NCBI GenBank assembly: GCA_002633005.1
Contig: NMRA01000005.1
Location: forward strand, 1,975,048 to 2,039,047
DNA length: 64,000 nt
Direction: 5' to 3'
Source of the DNA: Phoronis australis
Taxonomy: Eukaryota > Animalia > Phoronida
Positions 11,481-24,860 of this stretch are shown one piece after another (positions within the stretch are counted from its first letter, which is position 1; every line of letters starts with the position of its first letter). The notes beneath the pieces are model-generated. The model was given only the letters and a program-made list of their open reading frames with translations. It ran no database searches and had not been told where the DNA came from. The position numbers and the translations under genes were made by a program.

Positions 11481-12842
11481 CTGCAGCATTGATACAAAAT
11501 TATCGTTAGCGCGAAGTTGCTGAATCCTTGGTTCTTAGCCTTTTGATTCTGAATTAATGGAACTATTTAAATGAAAAGCACTAGGGATGAAATAAAGAGA
11601 CCAATTTAAAAACATGCGCATATTCAAATGATAACCCAGGCACTTTAGTCGAGACGATTTTTAAACCAAAACTCAGTGCACTGTTAAGATCACAAAATGC
11701 CGGACCCCTCTAACTGACTATTACCGTTTTAATGGACACACTCTCTGGAATAGAATGGACTGTCAAACTCAAAGTAAATTTTGAACGCCGTGTCCTTCAA
11801 CTTAGCCTTTAAACCAAAAAAGACCACTACCTTTTTTACCGAAAGCTCATCAACAACCGAAATCTTATCTTGCGAGGGCCGTTTGATATTCTTAGATTAC
11901 AAAGGTGTAGACCAGATAATAAAATGACTAATGAGTAATTTTAAGATAAGCTCAAGGCTTATCTGTTTTTAACTTAACATCTGCAATACTCTAATAATGA
12001 GACTCCACAGCTTTCCCGTTTACAATCCAACTGCTATATTTCTGTACATTGGCTGGAGTACGCGGCTATACTTGAGTCTCAAGGCCCCGGGGACTGGTGT
12101 CCTCGGATGTTTTATTTTGACAAGAGACGTAACAGGCGAGATTTCTCGAGAATTTTTGTGATTGATGAACGAAGGATTTCAATCGGTTATATTCTACCTT
12201 ATTTTACGTCTTACATTACTACAGTATATTTATATTTTGTTAATGTTTAAACAGATAATACCCCCAAATACTAACGTCTGGCATCTGGCTAAACGTAAGA
12301 CCTAATTATTTCCCCCTACTAGAAAAAGATGTTTCGCTAATTAGATATCGTTTGACTTTTGATGTAATATAGGTCAACCCAAGAGCTCTCATTTGGTAAA
12401 TAAATTTTTGTTATATTGCAATTTGGTTTGGATGTTTTCTTATTTGACCAAAATTAATTAATGGGTAATCATTTATATAATTCATGGCCGTATATCAGGT
12501 TTTCATCGCTGGCGTAGCCAGAAGTATTCGACTGGGGTGAGGGGGGCGGGGAGCGAAATTGTAAGTTATCGCGGGAGGGCGGAAACGAGTGGCAAGCGAG
12601 GGAGGCAATTTGCAATAAACTAGGGGATTAAACGCAAAAGTGAAATTAGCTTCGACAGGCGTAGGGCTTTTTTATTGTACAGGGAGGCCATGAACTAGTT
12701 GTGCACCTCTCGACTACTACGCCATTGGTTTCCACTATCACTTTGTTCTTTCCAGTACATAATTAAAATTCTCGTAATAAGATTACAGCTCTCCCGTCCA
12801 ATGTATGTTTACAGTGGAAAATCCTTTTGCTTGCATTTCAGG

Positions 12843-12880
12843 AACGTTGCCCAAGTTTCTTCAGAAACTTGGGCAACGTT
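12843..12880. repeat. Perfect 18-bp inverted repeat with 2-nt spacer
   Basis: AACGTTGCCCAAGTTTCT-TC-AGAAACTTGGGCAACGTT. Confidence 0.95.
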
Positions 12881-13045
12881 GCATAAAACTTATCGTATTC
12901 GTTGTCCGTCGTCAAAATCATTGTTCAGCAGTGGCATGAAATGTGATGATGCGACGTCATTGTTGCTTCCCAACGTAAAACTTTTATACAGTCAGTGCAA
13001 AATTTTAGTTTGGACCTAAAATATCAAACAAGGAAAATAACTTAC

Positions 13046-13048
13046 CAT
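13046..13048 (-). CDS. Candidate initiator ATG at the end of a 5' exon of the TIR/SEFIR-DD-CARD gene
   Basis: CTA ATG|GTAAGT consensus donor, phase 0, in frame with acceptor at 11480 (gives MTGAMSRMSRR...). Confidence 0.45.
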
Positions 13049-13650
13049 TAGGTGCCGGTCACTTCAAAAACATGACAGAATACCAAATGCCGCTCATACT
13101 ACAGGTTTGCGTTTTTACGGCTGACACTCGGGAACTGGAAATTATGAGCGTTGGAAGCACGATAACAAGTTACAAAGGTAAGTTGTCTAGCATTAATTGT
13201 AGCCGTTATCTGACTACGGATAATTTTACGTTATGTGACGCACATACATTTTCTGGAACTGTTTTCATTTTCTTTTTGATAAAGTATACAATCGGCCCGA
13301 AGGCAGTAAATAAAACATGTCATTTAAGGTATCAAGTGATATAGTGTTCCGATATATCAGGAGTCGCACTTTTCACTTCTCTTGGGTAACAGCATAAGAA
13401 TTCACAGTGTCTTTAAGAACCAAACATTCCGAATCACTTTTTTGTCTCAGGCACCGATATAAAACTTCACGCTGTATAGTATATTGAAACCAAGCAAACC
13501 AAGTGCTGATATAGTGTCTCTCTTCTCCTTAGAAGTTGTCACGAACTTTTAATTAGGTATTTATTAGGATTGCACTTGTCCAGATATTTCATGACTTCAA
13601 AATTCATTCATCAATTTAATGAATATGCATAAGTGTCACCCAACGTGTTT

Positions 13651-13755
13651 TATTAAGTATGCAGTATTATTGAGTATGCAGTATTATTGAGTGTGCAGTA
13701 TTATTGAGTATGCAATATTATTGAGTATGCAGTATTATTGAGTATGCAGTATTAT
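13651..13755. repeat. 17-bp minisatellite (TATTGAGTATGCAGTAT) x ~6
   Basis: Direct inspection. Confidence 0.95.
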
Positions 13756-14299
13756 TTCACCGAGTTAGATATTTAGACATTTGCCTGAGATGGAAATTAG
13801 CTTTCCGCAACGACTTCGTTTTTCAACGAATTGTATAAAAAATCATACAATTGTAAAGCCCTTCATCAGCTCTTGATGGCGTATGATTATGTCAGAAGCA
13901 AATGATAAATAATTCACTTGATCAATAGTAATCATTTTGCATATTTGTTGGTTTAAATATTTTTTAATTCTAAAAACCGAGAGTGTTGCCAAAATGGGAA
14001 GATAACAGAATGCCGCCCTTCATGTACTAAGCGGCTGATTAATTAATGAATTACTTAACAAGCCGACATGTAATGACAGTCAAGACGGACTTAAAAAGAA
14101 ATATAACTAATTCAACCCATTATCACTCAAAATATGGTCAGTTCTCTCAATAAGACTGATATGTACTGCTAAAAAAATCCGATTCCCCAAAACATAAAGC
14201 TAATATAAGAGATTCATTGGAATGATTTAGTAGTCATGATGAATTTCTATTTGTTCTCAAAAATATTAAAAATAAATTCCCATGTTCCCACGGTATTAT

Positions 14300-15330
14300 C
14301 GTATAGATCTACTTATGGGTTTGGTCAGATTTGGGAGATTATTTAGTTAATGCTATTAATTGTATGCCCTCTGCAATAAAACGAGGTGTTATACCAATTA
14401 TCAATCAAAAGGGTAAGAAATAAAGAGAACTTCTAAAAAATTAGAGGCTATTTTCATCGCTTAACAAAAATCACAAACTAATTTGGGCCAGTATTGGTGA
14501 ACGTCTGTGGTTTATCTTTCATCCATGAAAACTAAAAAGTTTTATTGCCGGTAGATTCATTGGTGAAAACATTCGATTGATCTGTGTCTATTTCAGGTTT
14601 ACTGGTCCTCGTGGATTTTGAGAAGGCGTTCGACTCGGTCTCTTGGGATTTTCTACAAAAAATCTTTCCTATTTATTTTGGTCCAATCATCAAAAATTTG
14701 TTTCATTGCATAACAAGAGACCTGTGTTCTGAATAGATAAGTATGAAAGTCCATTGTTTTGAATGGGTAGACGGTGTAAACAAGGTGAACCTTTGTTTCC
14801 CTATCTGCTTTTACTCTGTGCCGAAATTATGGGAAATCTGTTCAGTAGAAACCTGTCCAATCTGGCAACTTCTACCAGGCAGGTTATATATCCATCGATC
14901 AGAGGATTTCGAATGCCCTCGGTAAGCAGGTAATATTTCCACTAAACGTTGGGGAGCCTCAGCTTGCAAGCCACACTTAGGACAGCTTGAAGAGCCCATA
15001 TTATATAAACGGTTATATTAAGGGGAGCTTTGCTGCCGTTTGATACACTCAATTATATTCTTCAGTAGAAACCCAGGATACACTGACATTTACAAAAAAG
15101 TGCAGATAAAGCCTTTCCGATGGATACAAAATGGGTAAATATATGTTGTGTAGCCTTGGAATATACTGTGGATAGTTTATTACAGTGGTTGCAGTGTAGG
15201 ATTTACATAGAAACTTGGAAATAAACGCATTTCTTCAAGAAGTAAAAATTAATGTTAATGATACATGTAACGTGTGTTACCGTAAACATGAGACATTGGA
15301 ACACATTTTATTACTGTTGCGTTACTAAAG
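14300..15330 (+). mobile_element. Degenerate Tx1/L1-type LINE RT fragment
   Basis: Broken-frame motifs GRFIGENIRL, LVDFEKAFDSVSWDFL, G..QG.P, and a C-terminal CxxC...ETLEH zinc-knuckle. Confidence 0.8.
14841..15073. mobile_element. ~207-bp insertion flanked by 13-bp direct repeat TTCAGTAGAAACC (TSD) inside the Tx1 relic
   Basis: Repeat at 14841-14853 and 15061-15073. Confidence 0.6.
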
Positions 15331-17439
15331 AAAGTGGACTCTAGAAAATAACAATAATCATAACAAAAAGACATTATTTTCAACACCTATGGCTTTTGTC
15401 AAGAATCAAGAATGAAAAACGCGACAACTGGATTGAATCACGGGAGGTCCGCATAAAAAGCAGGAAACTTGGATCCATTCCAAAATGCATGAGTAAAATG
15501 TTCGCCGCAACATGTAAAAACGTCCTGAGAGCGTTTCTTTGCCGAACGGGAGGCGAAACAACCAAAAGCGACCACGGGCGTTTGTTGATTGTTTGTAGTC
15601 GAATGGAAACTTGTACGTACCTCAAAAAACACGAAACGTCCCATTTTTTTCTTTTCCTCGAACTGGAACATAGATCTATGTCGCGTGGGAAATCACATTA
15701 GTATATGATGTGATGTCAATTTCGTCGTTTGTCGAAAAGCAGGTTTTAGTAAATAATACAAATAACATTACGAGTTAACATTATATCTGTGCAATAAGTA
15801 AACATTTCACAAAATAAATGAAAACAGTAATAAAATATACATGCATGTATTCACGTACACTTAACTACGCAAATAAATACAAGAATAGTTTTCCGAAACT
15901 TACCTAAACACTACCGTTAGTAGGGCCTAAACTTTCATTAAAATCGCAGAACAAACACTCAAAAACAAACGTCACGCTTTTCGTAATATACTGTAGCACA
16001 CAAAAATGTCTTGTAGAAAAACCCCCAACACGCTGTATGATACGTTGTCGAAAGTGGCTCTAACATTGGATGTCGAAGGCCAGACTATTCCGGCATCCAG
16101 CTAGGACAACAGGTCGACGCCTATACAGAATGAACAGAGCAATAATACGAATGTGCTGATTAAATTTGCAGAGAAATCGCTGGTTGTCTGGAACCGCACT
16201 TCATGGATTTTGCATGATAACTCCATTATGAACAAAAATGACAAAATGAAAATGAAGGAATAGAATTAGGCTTAATTTGATAACAATAACACTCGATCAA
16301 AACTTAGTCGAGCCTCAGTTTGTTTTATATATCTGAGGTCGAGCAGACAACGAGTAACACGCAGAAGTTGACATTCCAGTCCTAGATTTCTATGGTTTAA
16401 TTACTTGAACTTACGCAACACTTTATCGTGTGAAATTCAAATCTTCGTCCAATTACTACATTTAGGTTACTAAGCTTATTTGACATCTGAAAACGCAACT
16501 TGAGTTTAGGCATTTGTATCAGTTAATGAAATAAAAATGTCATATGTCTAACAATCTAACTGCAACATATCGACGATTTGTTAGAGTCTCCAGTCTATCC
16601 ACTTGGAAAACCTGAAATCGCTCGATACATATGACATGCCTATAATCACTAGACACTTAGTATGCTTGTAAATAACTATTTACATCATATAACCACGGAT
16701 GCTCATGAGAGCAAAATCTGAACAGAGGGATGCAGTTATCGCATTATAATTATGTGTCACTGCATGTACCGTTTGACAGACTTGGCGGTAGTTAAGCTAG
16801 GTAATACTAGTAAGTTTGCTTGTATTTGTGAGCATGTAGGGATTCAGAAAAAATTAATAGTTTGGTTGTAGATACACTTTTCTTCAAAATGGCGACCTCC
16901 TATAGCGTTTATGGATTTCTGCATAGCCACGGAAAAATCTGATGCGATTTCAGATAGGCCTCAAACAACCCAAAATTTCAAAAATCTAGTTGGATGGCAG
17001 ACCACGTTTTTGGCTTCTGTAGGAAATTTGTTTTTAGAATCCAGCATTGGCTTCGATACCTTGCATTGGCAGAGATAAAATGCTGGTTTTAAGCTGAAAA
17101 CTGTCAACTTTTCGTTTTTTTACCACCCTTGTTCGGAGTCTTGCCTTCTGTTTCGGTGGAAGTGAAAGACGATATTAGATACAAGAAGTTTTTGTGGGCA
17201 TATGTAGCGGTTTGGATGGGAAATAACTCACAACTTTTCCTTTTGTTTATAGAATTGTCGACAGAGTGGAAGAAAGGCAGCAAGTCCAGTGACGTGTGCC
17301 TTGCCAGGCAAAACCCATCAGGAAATGCACAGTGTCTCGTTATCATACGTAACCCTCGAAATCGCTCCTGGTTCACACGAATCATCCATTCCTCGGTTAA
17401 ATTTCAATGACTGGACAAATTCAATAACACAAATGTTAT

Positions 17440-19592
17440 TTAATTAGAAGATAAGGATAGACTGTAGAAACCGCTCAGGAATAGTGAGCGGTCCTCGATA
17501 AATTGATGGGACTTAGGATTGTTTGCATGTTCAAACCATCCGTGAACAATGCTATAAAGCTTAGACTTTTCGCCAAAGTTTCTTAAAAAATTAAGCACAG
17601 ATCTTCTTAGATTGTTTGAAGCACGCGGAAAAAGTTTTTGACGGATGAGACAGTTTCCGATTGCCGCATATATTTTACCTACACAAGCATGGTTCTCACC
17701 TAGGTGGTTTTTGACATCATCTAAACACTGTAGAAGAAGGTTCTCGCTTTCCTCATAGCGCTCCAAGTACAAAAGGGTTTTCGCAACGGCGAACGTAGAA
17801 ACAGCAATGAGAAGATGACTACGAGCGTCACCATCGTCTTCAAAAAGTCGCCTTCGAATACTCAAACATTTTTGAAAATGATCTCCGGCGTCTTCATACT
17901 GTTCCTCCTTGAAGCAAACGTTCCCGAGCTTTGCTAGAAGGTATGACAACAACTCTTCATCGTCAGGCAGGTACTCCGCTTGCAAATTTAGGGCTTCGTC
18001 AAGTCGGCCTTTTGCCATGACCGAGTCTCCCTTAAAGAAGAAGGACACTCCCAAGGATGCCAATATTGATATTTGTTGTCTACGTACATCGGGACTCATT
18101 GGAGATCTTTTTAAAACTAACTTCATTGCCTTTTCTAGTTTTTCAATGGCATCATCCTCCTGTTGCGGAATTCGAAGCAGACATTTTCCTAACATGAGGT
18201 AAATATTTGCATCCATGGTATCTTCATGGCTATGAAGAAAACTTTCAAACGCCCACTTGCCCTCAAGGAAATCTCTTCTGTAGTAAGCTGAATAACCGGC
18301 AGCTTTAAGTAGCTCAGCTTGACATACCTTCACTGTTTCCAAAGACTTAATGTAGCTTTCTTCTTTCTCACTGTCGTACAATACTTCCAATTTCAAAGCT
18401 TCATTGAAGTGATTTATTAGAGTGCGGATGTGCGGACCCAATGTGCGTAGCTTCTCAAGACGATCTGCACTCACGTCTTTCCACCTGCAATCAACATAAC
18501 CTTCGGGCATAAATCTCACTATTGCAGCTTTCAAGTCAAGTGCAAGCTCTTCCACGAATAATTCAGGAAGGGAATTCTTGACGTCTTGCTTCTTCTCGGC
18601 TCTTACGAGATCCTGAACTTGTTTATGAATGTTGTAATGTTTTTTTCCGGGAATGGGTGTAATCAGAGCAAACTTTACCAAGAATGCTATAGCCTCATTA
18701 AGTTTTTTTTTGCCATTTGCAGGAAAAAGTGGAGAAGATTCGAATAACCACAAAGGAATATTGTCAGAATCAATAACCGAAAAACATTTGAGCAGATTGC
18801 TTACGGCTTTAGGTACTTTCTCCTCAAACTTACGGATGGAAGTACCCAAGGTGGCATAGACCGAACGTTGCCAAGGGTCACGAAAGTGGATATCTTTATC
18901 CATCATTCCACTTCGTACTTGTGAAAAAACTTTAATATACGAATCAACATTGCAGGATTCACAGAGAGCACTAAGATACGCAGTGGCTTGAGAAAGGGCC
19001 AATGGGAAGTGACCTAAGAGATCGCACAACTTTGTAATGTCAATCTTGTTGTCAGCATCAGGGTGTCCTGCTGCGTGGAGACGAGCTGACACGTAATTAT
19101 ACGCATCTAGATCCGAAAACATGTTGAGGTTTAAAACCAGTTCTGTGCTAACCCCTGAATCAGTTGTGATTATGATATGCTGCTTCGGCTTTTTTTCTGC
19201 GGGCAAATAATTACAAGCTGTCTCGTAATCAGCACAATCAAAAACGAGCAAAAAAGAGTCGAGAGACGTAACGTGGCTATAGACTCTTTCGCTGATGCTC
19301 GCCCCCGAAATGCTTTCTACGTCAATCTTTAGGTCCTTCGCTAAGCGTTCTAGATAATTCTCTGTCTGGTTGCTGCAAGTGGTCCAATATTGGAATTGAT
19401 ATTTTTCACAGTTGCGATGCGCATATTCTAATACCAGCTGAGATTTTCCAACGCCTTTTATACCGCATACAGCCACAGGTTGGCGAACGCCGGAGTGATC
19501 GCTTGTCTGCAACACTTTCTCTAGTTCTTCAAGTTCTTCTTTTCTTCCTGTGAAGTCTGTGTTACGCGGTGGCAAACTAGAGACTTCCATAA
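17440..19592 (-). CDS. NB-ARC (STAND NTPase) + TPR protein 1, main terminal exon
   Basis: LPPRNTDFTGRKEEL; Walker A GIKGVGKS; Walker B FLLVFDCAD; GxP LGHFPLALSQA; MHD-like YNIHKQVQ; ~5-6 TPRs; acceptor tattttgcag|TT phase 1. Confidence 0.93.
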
Positions 19593-20574
19593 CTGCAAAA
19601 TAGAAATATTCAATGGGATTAAATTTGGAAATACAACACATTTAGAAGATAATATCAAAGGATAGTGATATAATTTCCGCCTTTGCGTGTTGTAGTTTCG
19701 ATCTGTATGGTGTAAAACCTTCCGTATGAAGCGGTAAGTCATAAAAAGTGGCTTCTGCAACAGATTTGTTTGTAGATCTGTAAAAAGGACATTTTTTCTA
19801 CCCTTTTCGAGTTCCAAAGAGACTTTTATAACTTATATTTCATTGTTTTTCGCTTTTTAGATGTAAAACAAATCTTTTAATCACCTGAGTTTGGTTTCAT
19901 GGTTTTCCTTACTGTTATGTAATCGTATTCCACTTCCATTACCAACTCCAGTCAAAGGCAATGCACACAAACACCAGTTTAGAATTCACCATTTTGGGTT
20001 AGCCAACTCCAGCAAAGCGTCTCGTTTTTAGCCTCATAAATAGGGAAAAATGCCGCAAAATTGGAAATCTTCACGAATAAATTCATTCCTCATATGGCAA
20101 TAGATCAATTCAAACCACCTTTATAACGGAAAACGATTTACACAAAAGTTTTTTTCTGGCATTGAAAGGCGAATATGTTACAGTTTTAAATGTAAATGGA
20201 ACTGTTTTCAAAATTCCACAACAAGGACTTTAATGATGTCTGAAGTTGTCAAATAGTACATTTAAAATTTTTCATCAAAGTGAAACCATTGAGAGTACAA
20301 CTGATATTGTAAGAAGGGATCGACGTGGAATTGAAGATGGTAACAACTGAGAAAGAAAGTACCGGTGAAAGGGGCGCGCATAACTATTGACTAGGGACAC
20401 ATGACTAATTTTTACCTGTGTGACGCCGAAATTGGAGCAAAAACTAACACTGTAATATCCTCTGTTGCTAGGCTACAATTTCGAAACACGTGTCATCTAC
20501 AAGTCAATTTTTCTAGGAAACCATAAGATCAAAACAACAGCCTGGTGTATGGAAATTTTGTGATGCACACTTAC

Positions 20575-20679
20575 CTTTTTCTTTATTTCGCTGCGCTATG
20601 TCCTCTCCCGGTTCCCGATTTAGGTTATTCATTCCGTTTATGATCAAGCTCAATTCTTCGGGATTGTTGAAAAATATAA
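20575..20679 (-). CDS. Upstream exon of NB-ARC-TPR 1 (probable start ATG at 20632: MNNLNREPGEDIAQRNKEK)
   Basis: Acceptor tcttttttcag|, donor AAA G|GTAAGT phase 1, in frame with 19592; next upstream donor at 20764 is preceded by in-frame stops. Confidence 0.7.
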
Positions 20680-23600
20680 CTGAAAAAAGATACAAAATAG
20701 TAGCTTATCAGGAAATGACCAGTGATGTAACATCGCAGTCGTCTCTCAATAAACGTGACTTACGTATCGACTGCAGAAGCCACCACATCACAGCAGTAGT
20801 CCAGCATCTCACTTTTCACTTAAAGTTTAGATCTTTTTGTCGTTCAAAGTGCATTTTTAAAATCATGAGCTAGGAATACTATTCATATTTTGAGATATTG
20901 TCCATCCTGTGGAAAAGAGAATTCGAGTTCAAAGCCAGACCTCAAGAGTTGTTGCCGAATGCGCCAGCAATTAAAATCACTGGCAATACATGCAAGAGTC
21001 ATTTTCGAATTCGCGATTTCAGGTTGGTCAACCCCAATAAACTCTTCTGGGACGTTTTTTTTTAATCGACGGTGTTTTCTGCTTTTTGACACCTAAATAC
21101 TGAAGGAATGCAGTTTTGAGTATGCATCCCATTTCCACGTTCAAATCATGAAAATCACAAAATGTTCTCAAGAAAAAGTTTGCACTTGACATGTTTTGAG
21201 GTTGTGTCCGCAAGTATGCCTGGCCCTCCTGACGTACTTTGGGCATATTATGTCTGATAAATGATTGGAAATTTTTGCGGTAAACATAAAAATGACAAAC
21301 GGCGACCATGTTTTCCTTCCAGTTGTGTCTCTCGAGAAACCTTTTGGTTTTCAGTTGTTTTACATAATCCAGACCAACTGGAAAGTAGATCGATAACTGT
21401 TTATTTTATCTTAAAAAATGAACAAAAGGTGATACAATTACTGCCCACAATCGATGTCATTACATGCCAACAGATTGGAAATTATAACAGATGTAATTAG
21501 AAGACACAACTCCTGAGTGTTAACAACATAATACGATCTAGTTACAAAAACACAGACAAACACACGTAAAACAAAACCTCAGAAAGGCTATTAAGTAATA
21601 AAATTTAAGCGTGCTATTATAAATGAAAGTGGCTACTATATCTCTTAGAAAAATATGCAGATTTAAGTTAAGTTGATGCGAACCACAAAGTAAAAATGAA
21701 GCCCATTGATTATTAAGCAAGGTGTGGTAAATAGAGGTGGCATCAATATTTGAATGAAGGATTTGGAAGAGAATGAGACGATCTTTTTGATTGGCAGGAC
21801 ATTTAAAGAAAAAAATGATTAACACAATTCAAAGAGCCCCATTCACAAACATTTGATAATTCTCAAGAATTATGCTGAATGTTTTTAAAATTAAGGAGTA
21901 AACCTATTGGTAATTAATTAAAAACTGCTTTTTTTGCTTCTGGTAATAGTTCATTTTCAAACCAAGCATAGTTTGAAATACATTTTGTCCTTTGTGTACA
22001 CCCCCAAAACATTTCCCAGGATACACCTAAGTGAACATTATGAGGTAGATGAGACGTTACCTAGCACTCAACACAAATGCGAACAGACTGGTGCAGCCAG
22101 TCTGATCGAAGGAGGTCGAAAAAAGGTCATCACGGATTGTGAAAATGTCAGGTTTCCTGAAGGTCAATTATGCCACAAAATGATCTTATATTTTACAAAC
22201 AGAGTATCATAAAAGTTCACATGTTTTAGATTGTTTTGACCTGATGATCTGGTAATATCGTTTCTGTTGGTCTATTTACACCAACCTCTGGCCTATTCAC
22301 TACAAACAATCTCCTATAAGAAATTCAAAATGAGAACAACATAATTTACAACATTCTAACTGTTTGCCAGAATTAAGAACACATGGGCAAAGGGAAAACC
22401 CAACAACCATCAATTAACCTTTCAAAAGACTTTGACACTATAGACCATGGTATCTAGTTGCTTACCAATCATTCATTAGTCACTTATGTCAAGCGTTTAT
22501 TCTTCAAAAAGTATTTAAGCGTAAGTGACCAAAATCATTGTTAGAAGTCCACACAGTGAAATTGTACAGTTACGTCATACATATCACACTCGAATTTCAC
22601 AACAAATATTATTAACTTGCGCAAGTTGAAAGTACGATCGCGTGAACGCATTTATATACAGAAATAGTTCGTCGACCATATTTGCTGGCAAATCAATATC
22701 TTCAAAGGAACTTATTCCCTAGTAAACTCGACTTTTTACTTTTCTCTTGTCACTCCGACATTTTTGTTTTTTACCAAACGGTGTGCTTGTGTACTAAACC
22801 TTCACTTCGTTCATTGGTTGGCATTCGGGTCACTGGATGACGTGAGTAGGTAAAAAACTGAGAGTAGAAGATGACAGACGATTCGAATCGTTGTTGTTAG
22901 AGAAAAGTGACAAGAGACGAATATAATCGTTAAGACCGTTTGCGGTTTCTAAACATGTCAAAAGTATTTGTTTTGGTTAGTAGTTGCACACTGAACAAGA
23001 ATTTGCTACTTTCCTTTTCTTTTGTATCCATTTTACCAAGTGGTGAAACCCCCCCGTGGACCTTCAGCTCTGTTTAAGAGCTCAGTATTGGTTACCATCT
23101 GGACGTGAATACTTTAGGGTTATTTGGGCACTGAATATTTCAAATTATTGATGGAGTTAGGTTTCATCCAATGAATGGAATGATCGTTGGTCGTTAATTT
23201 GTAAGTGGCGCTATAGATTTAATTCAAATGGTTTAAAAATTTTGTATTTTCTCGCCATTAGCGCATCAAAACTGAAAAACTCACAAGTACATTGCAGCAG
23301 TGCACCACCAGGGCACATCTTTTAAAACGCAACACTTCCAAAAACACAAGGTTCTAGTCAACTTACAGCCAGTCGGGTAAAACTTGACTGTTCCTATTTT
23401 GATTGCCCTTGGGGCTTCTGTTTCATATGTTACCACTTTAATTATACCAAGTCTGTTGGTTTCAACTTTTTGAAAAAAGACAAACTTTTTATCATCAGGT
23501 GTGCCCAAAGGGTATAGGTTCAAACCTGGTCAGGAATATCCATGATCGAAGGCTTATTAACAACATAAACATTGACCCTGGGGTGACTTGTGAATACACA

Positions 23601-24479
23601 GCCGACCTTGGAAATTACCGAGAACATCGTCATCTTCCAATGAGCACATCAGGTGGCTACCACAGAGACAAATGAGTTAGTGACAATGCTAAATGACATA
23701 ATTGCAACTTCTTAACAACCTATTCAACATCGCCTAGAAAATATTAGTTTGAACAGACCTTACTTCCGTCTGCTTGCATGGGATACGCTTGTGAATTGGT
23801 TTGTTTACTCTATATCAAAAATATTCACGAAACCGTGGGGGTATGTATTCTTAAGATTTATATCAAATTATCCGGAATTTTCTACTGAATTGTTTGTTAT
23901 GAGATGTGTTTACTTTCCCAATTTGGAGACAAAACAGTTGGTACGCTCACTTGTTGATTTTACTTCATCTTTGTTCTATTCGGTATTATTTTTAGTACCA
24001 TAAGAAATTTATCTTTGAAATAGTTTTTCAACTGAGGTCGAAACTGGTTGGTAAATATATACCGCGAAGGAATTCAAAATGGTCATTTGTACAAACAATG
24101 TCGATTTCTTGTAAAAATGGTAGGTATTTACACTATTCTGACTATCATATACACTTTCGGAGAAAAAGTAGTGTGTGGGAAATCACCACGTTATTTCGGC
24201 ATTGAATAACCTTCTTTCAAAATTAAAAAAATAAATCGAGCATCCTTCCTGACCAATATTTGTAATCCAAGCAAACTAAATTGCCAGATTCCTAACAATT
24301 AATGAGGTATACTTACATAAATATATTAATTAGTTTCAAATTAGGATATAATCATGCATGAACAATTGAGTTAATGAAGCCAACACTGCTTACCCTATGT
24401 CAGGGTCAAAAAGCACTTCAAAATAGGAATATGCACAAAATAAATATGTTGATTTTTTCAAAAACTTGCACAGTGATCT

Positions 24480-24860
24480 CTGGATACGGGATATAATCTT
24501 TCTACTCGAGATTGAACTCGAAAATATTTTCGGCATGATCTGTTATTGCAAACTCAAAGTAAGTCTATTATTGTGTGCTCGAGTTCATTATGTTTCATGC
24601 AGATGAGTTTTTCATCCAAGTCTGCATTTGATAACCCCTAGATTCGAGTAAAAATTCGAAATTTCAAGGTCAGACTCGAACTTTCATCCTCAACGATGAA
24701 TTCATTAAGTTCAAACTAGAATCAGCTTTCCACATAAGATATCATGTACTCGAGCATAGAATTGTGGACACTTATCTTGAGCTTTCACAAAAGTAGAATG
24801 GAAAATGCCAAAAATAATTTCGAGTTTGATCTTGAGTAAAATGATTGGACCTTGGACATT
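24480..24860. repeat. Imperfect fold-back (MITE-like); right half is included in the 1.7-kb duplication
   Basis: ctcgagattgaactcgaaaatattttcggcat pairs with atgccaaaaataatttcgagtttgatcttgag. Confidence 0.6.

Noticed and set aside
13651-13755. CRISPR-like array
   Set aside because: Contiguous 17-bp units with no unique spacers, no cas genes, eukaryotic context
19593-19641. ORF-track N-terminus MCCISKFNPIEYFYFA of NB-ARC-TPR 1
   Set aside because: Starts at a non-ATG codon and runs through the polypyrimidine tract; intronic
20764-21309. N-terminal effector-domain exons for NB-ARC-TPR 1
   Set aside because: In-frame stops close to the donor at 20764 and no death-fold or TIR pattern; probably UTR
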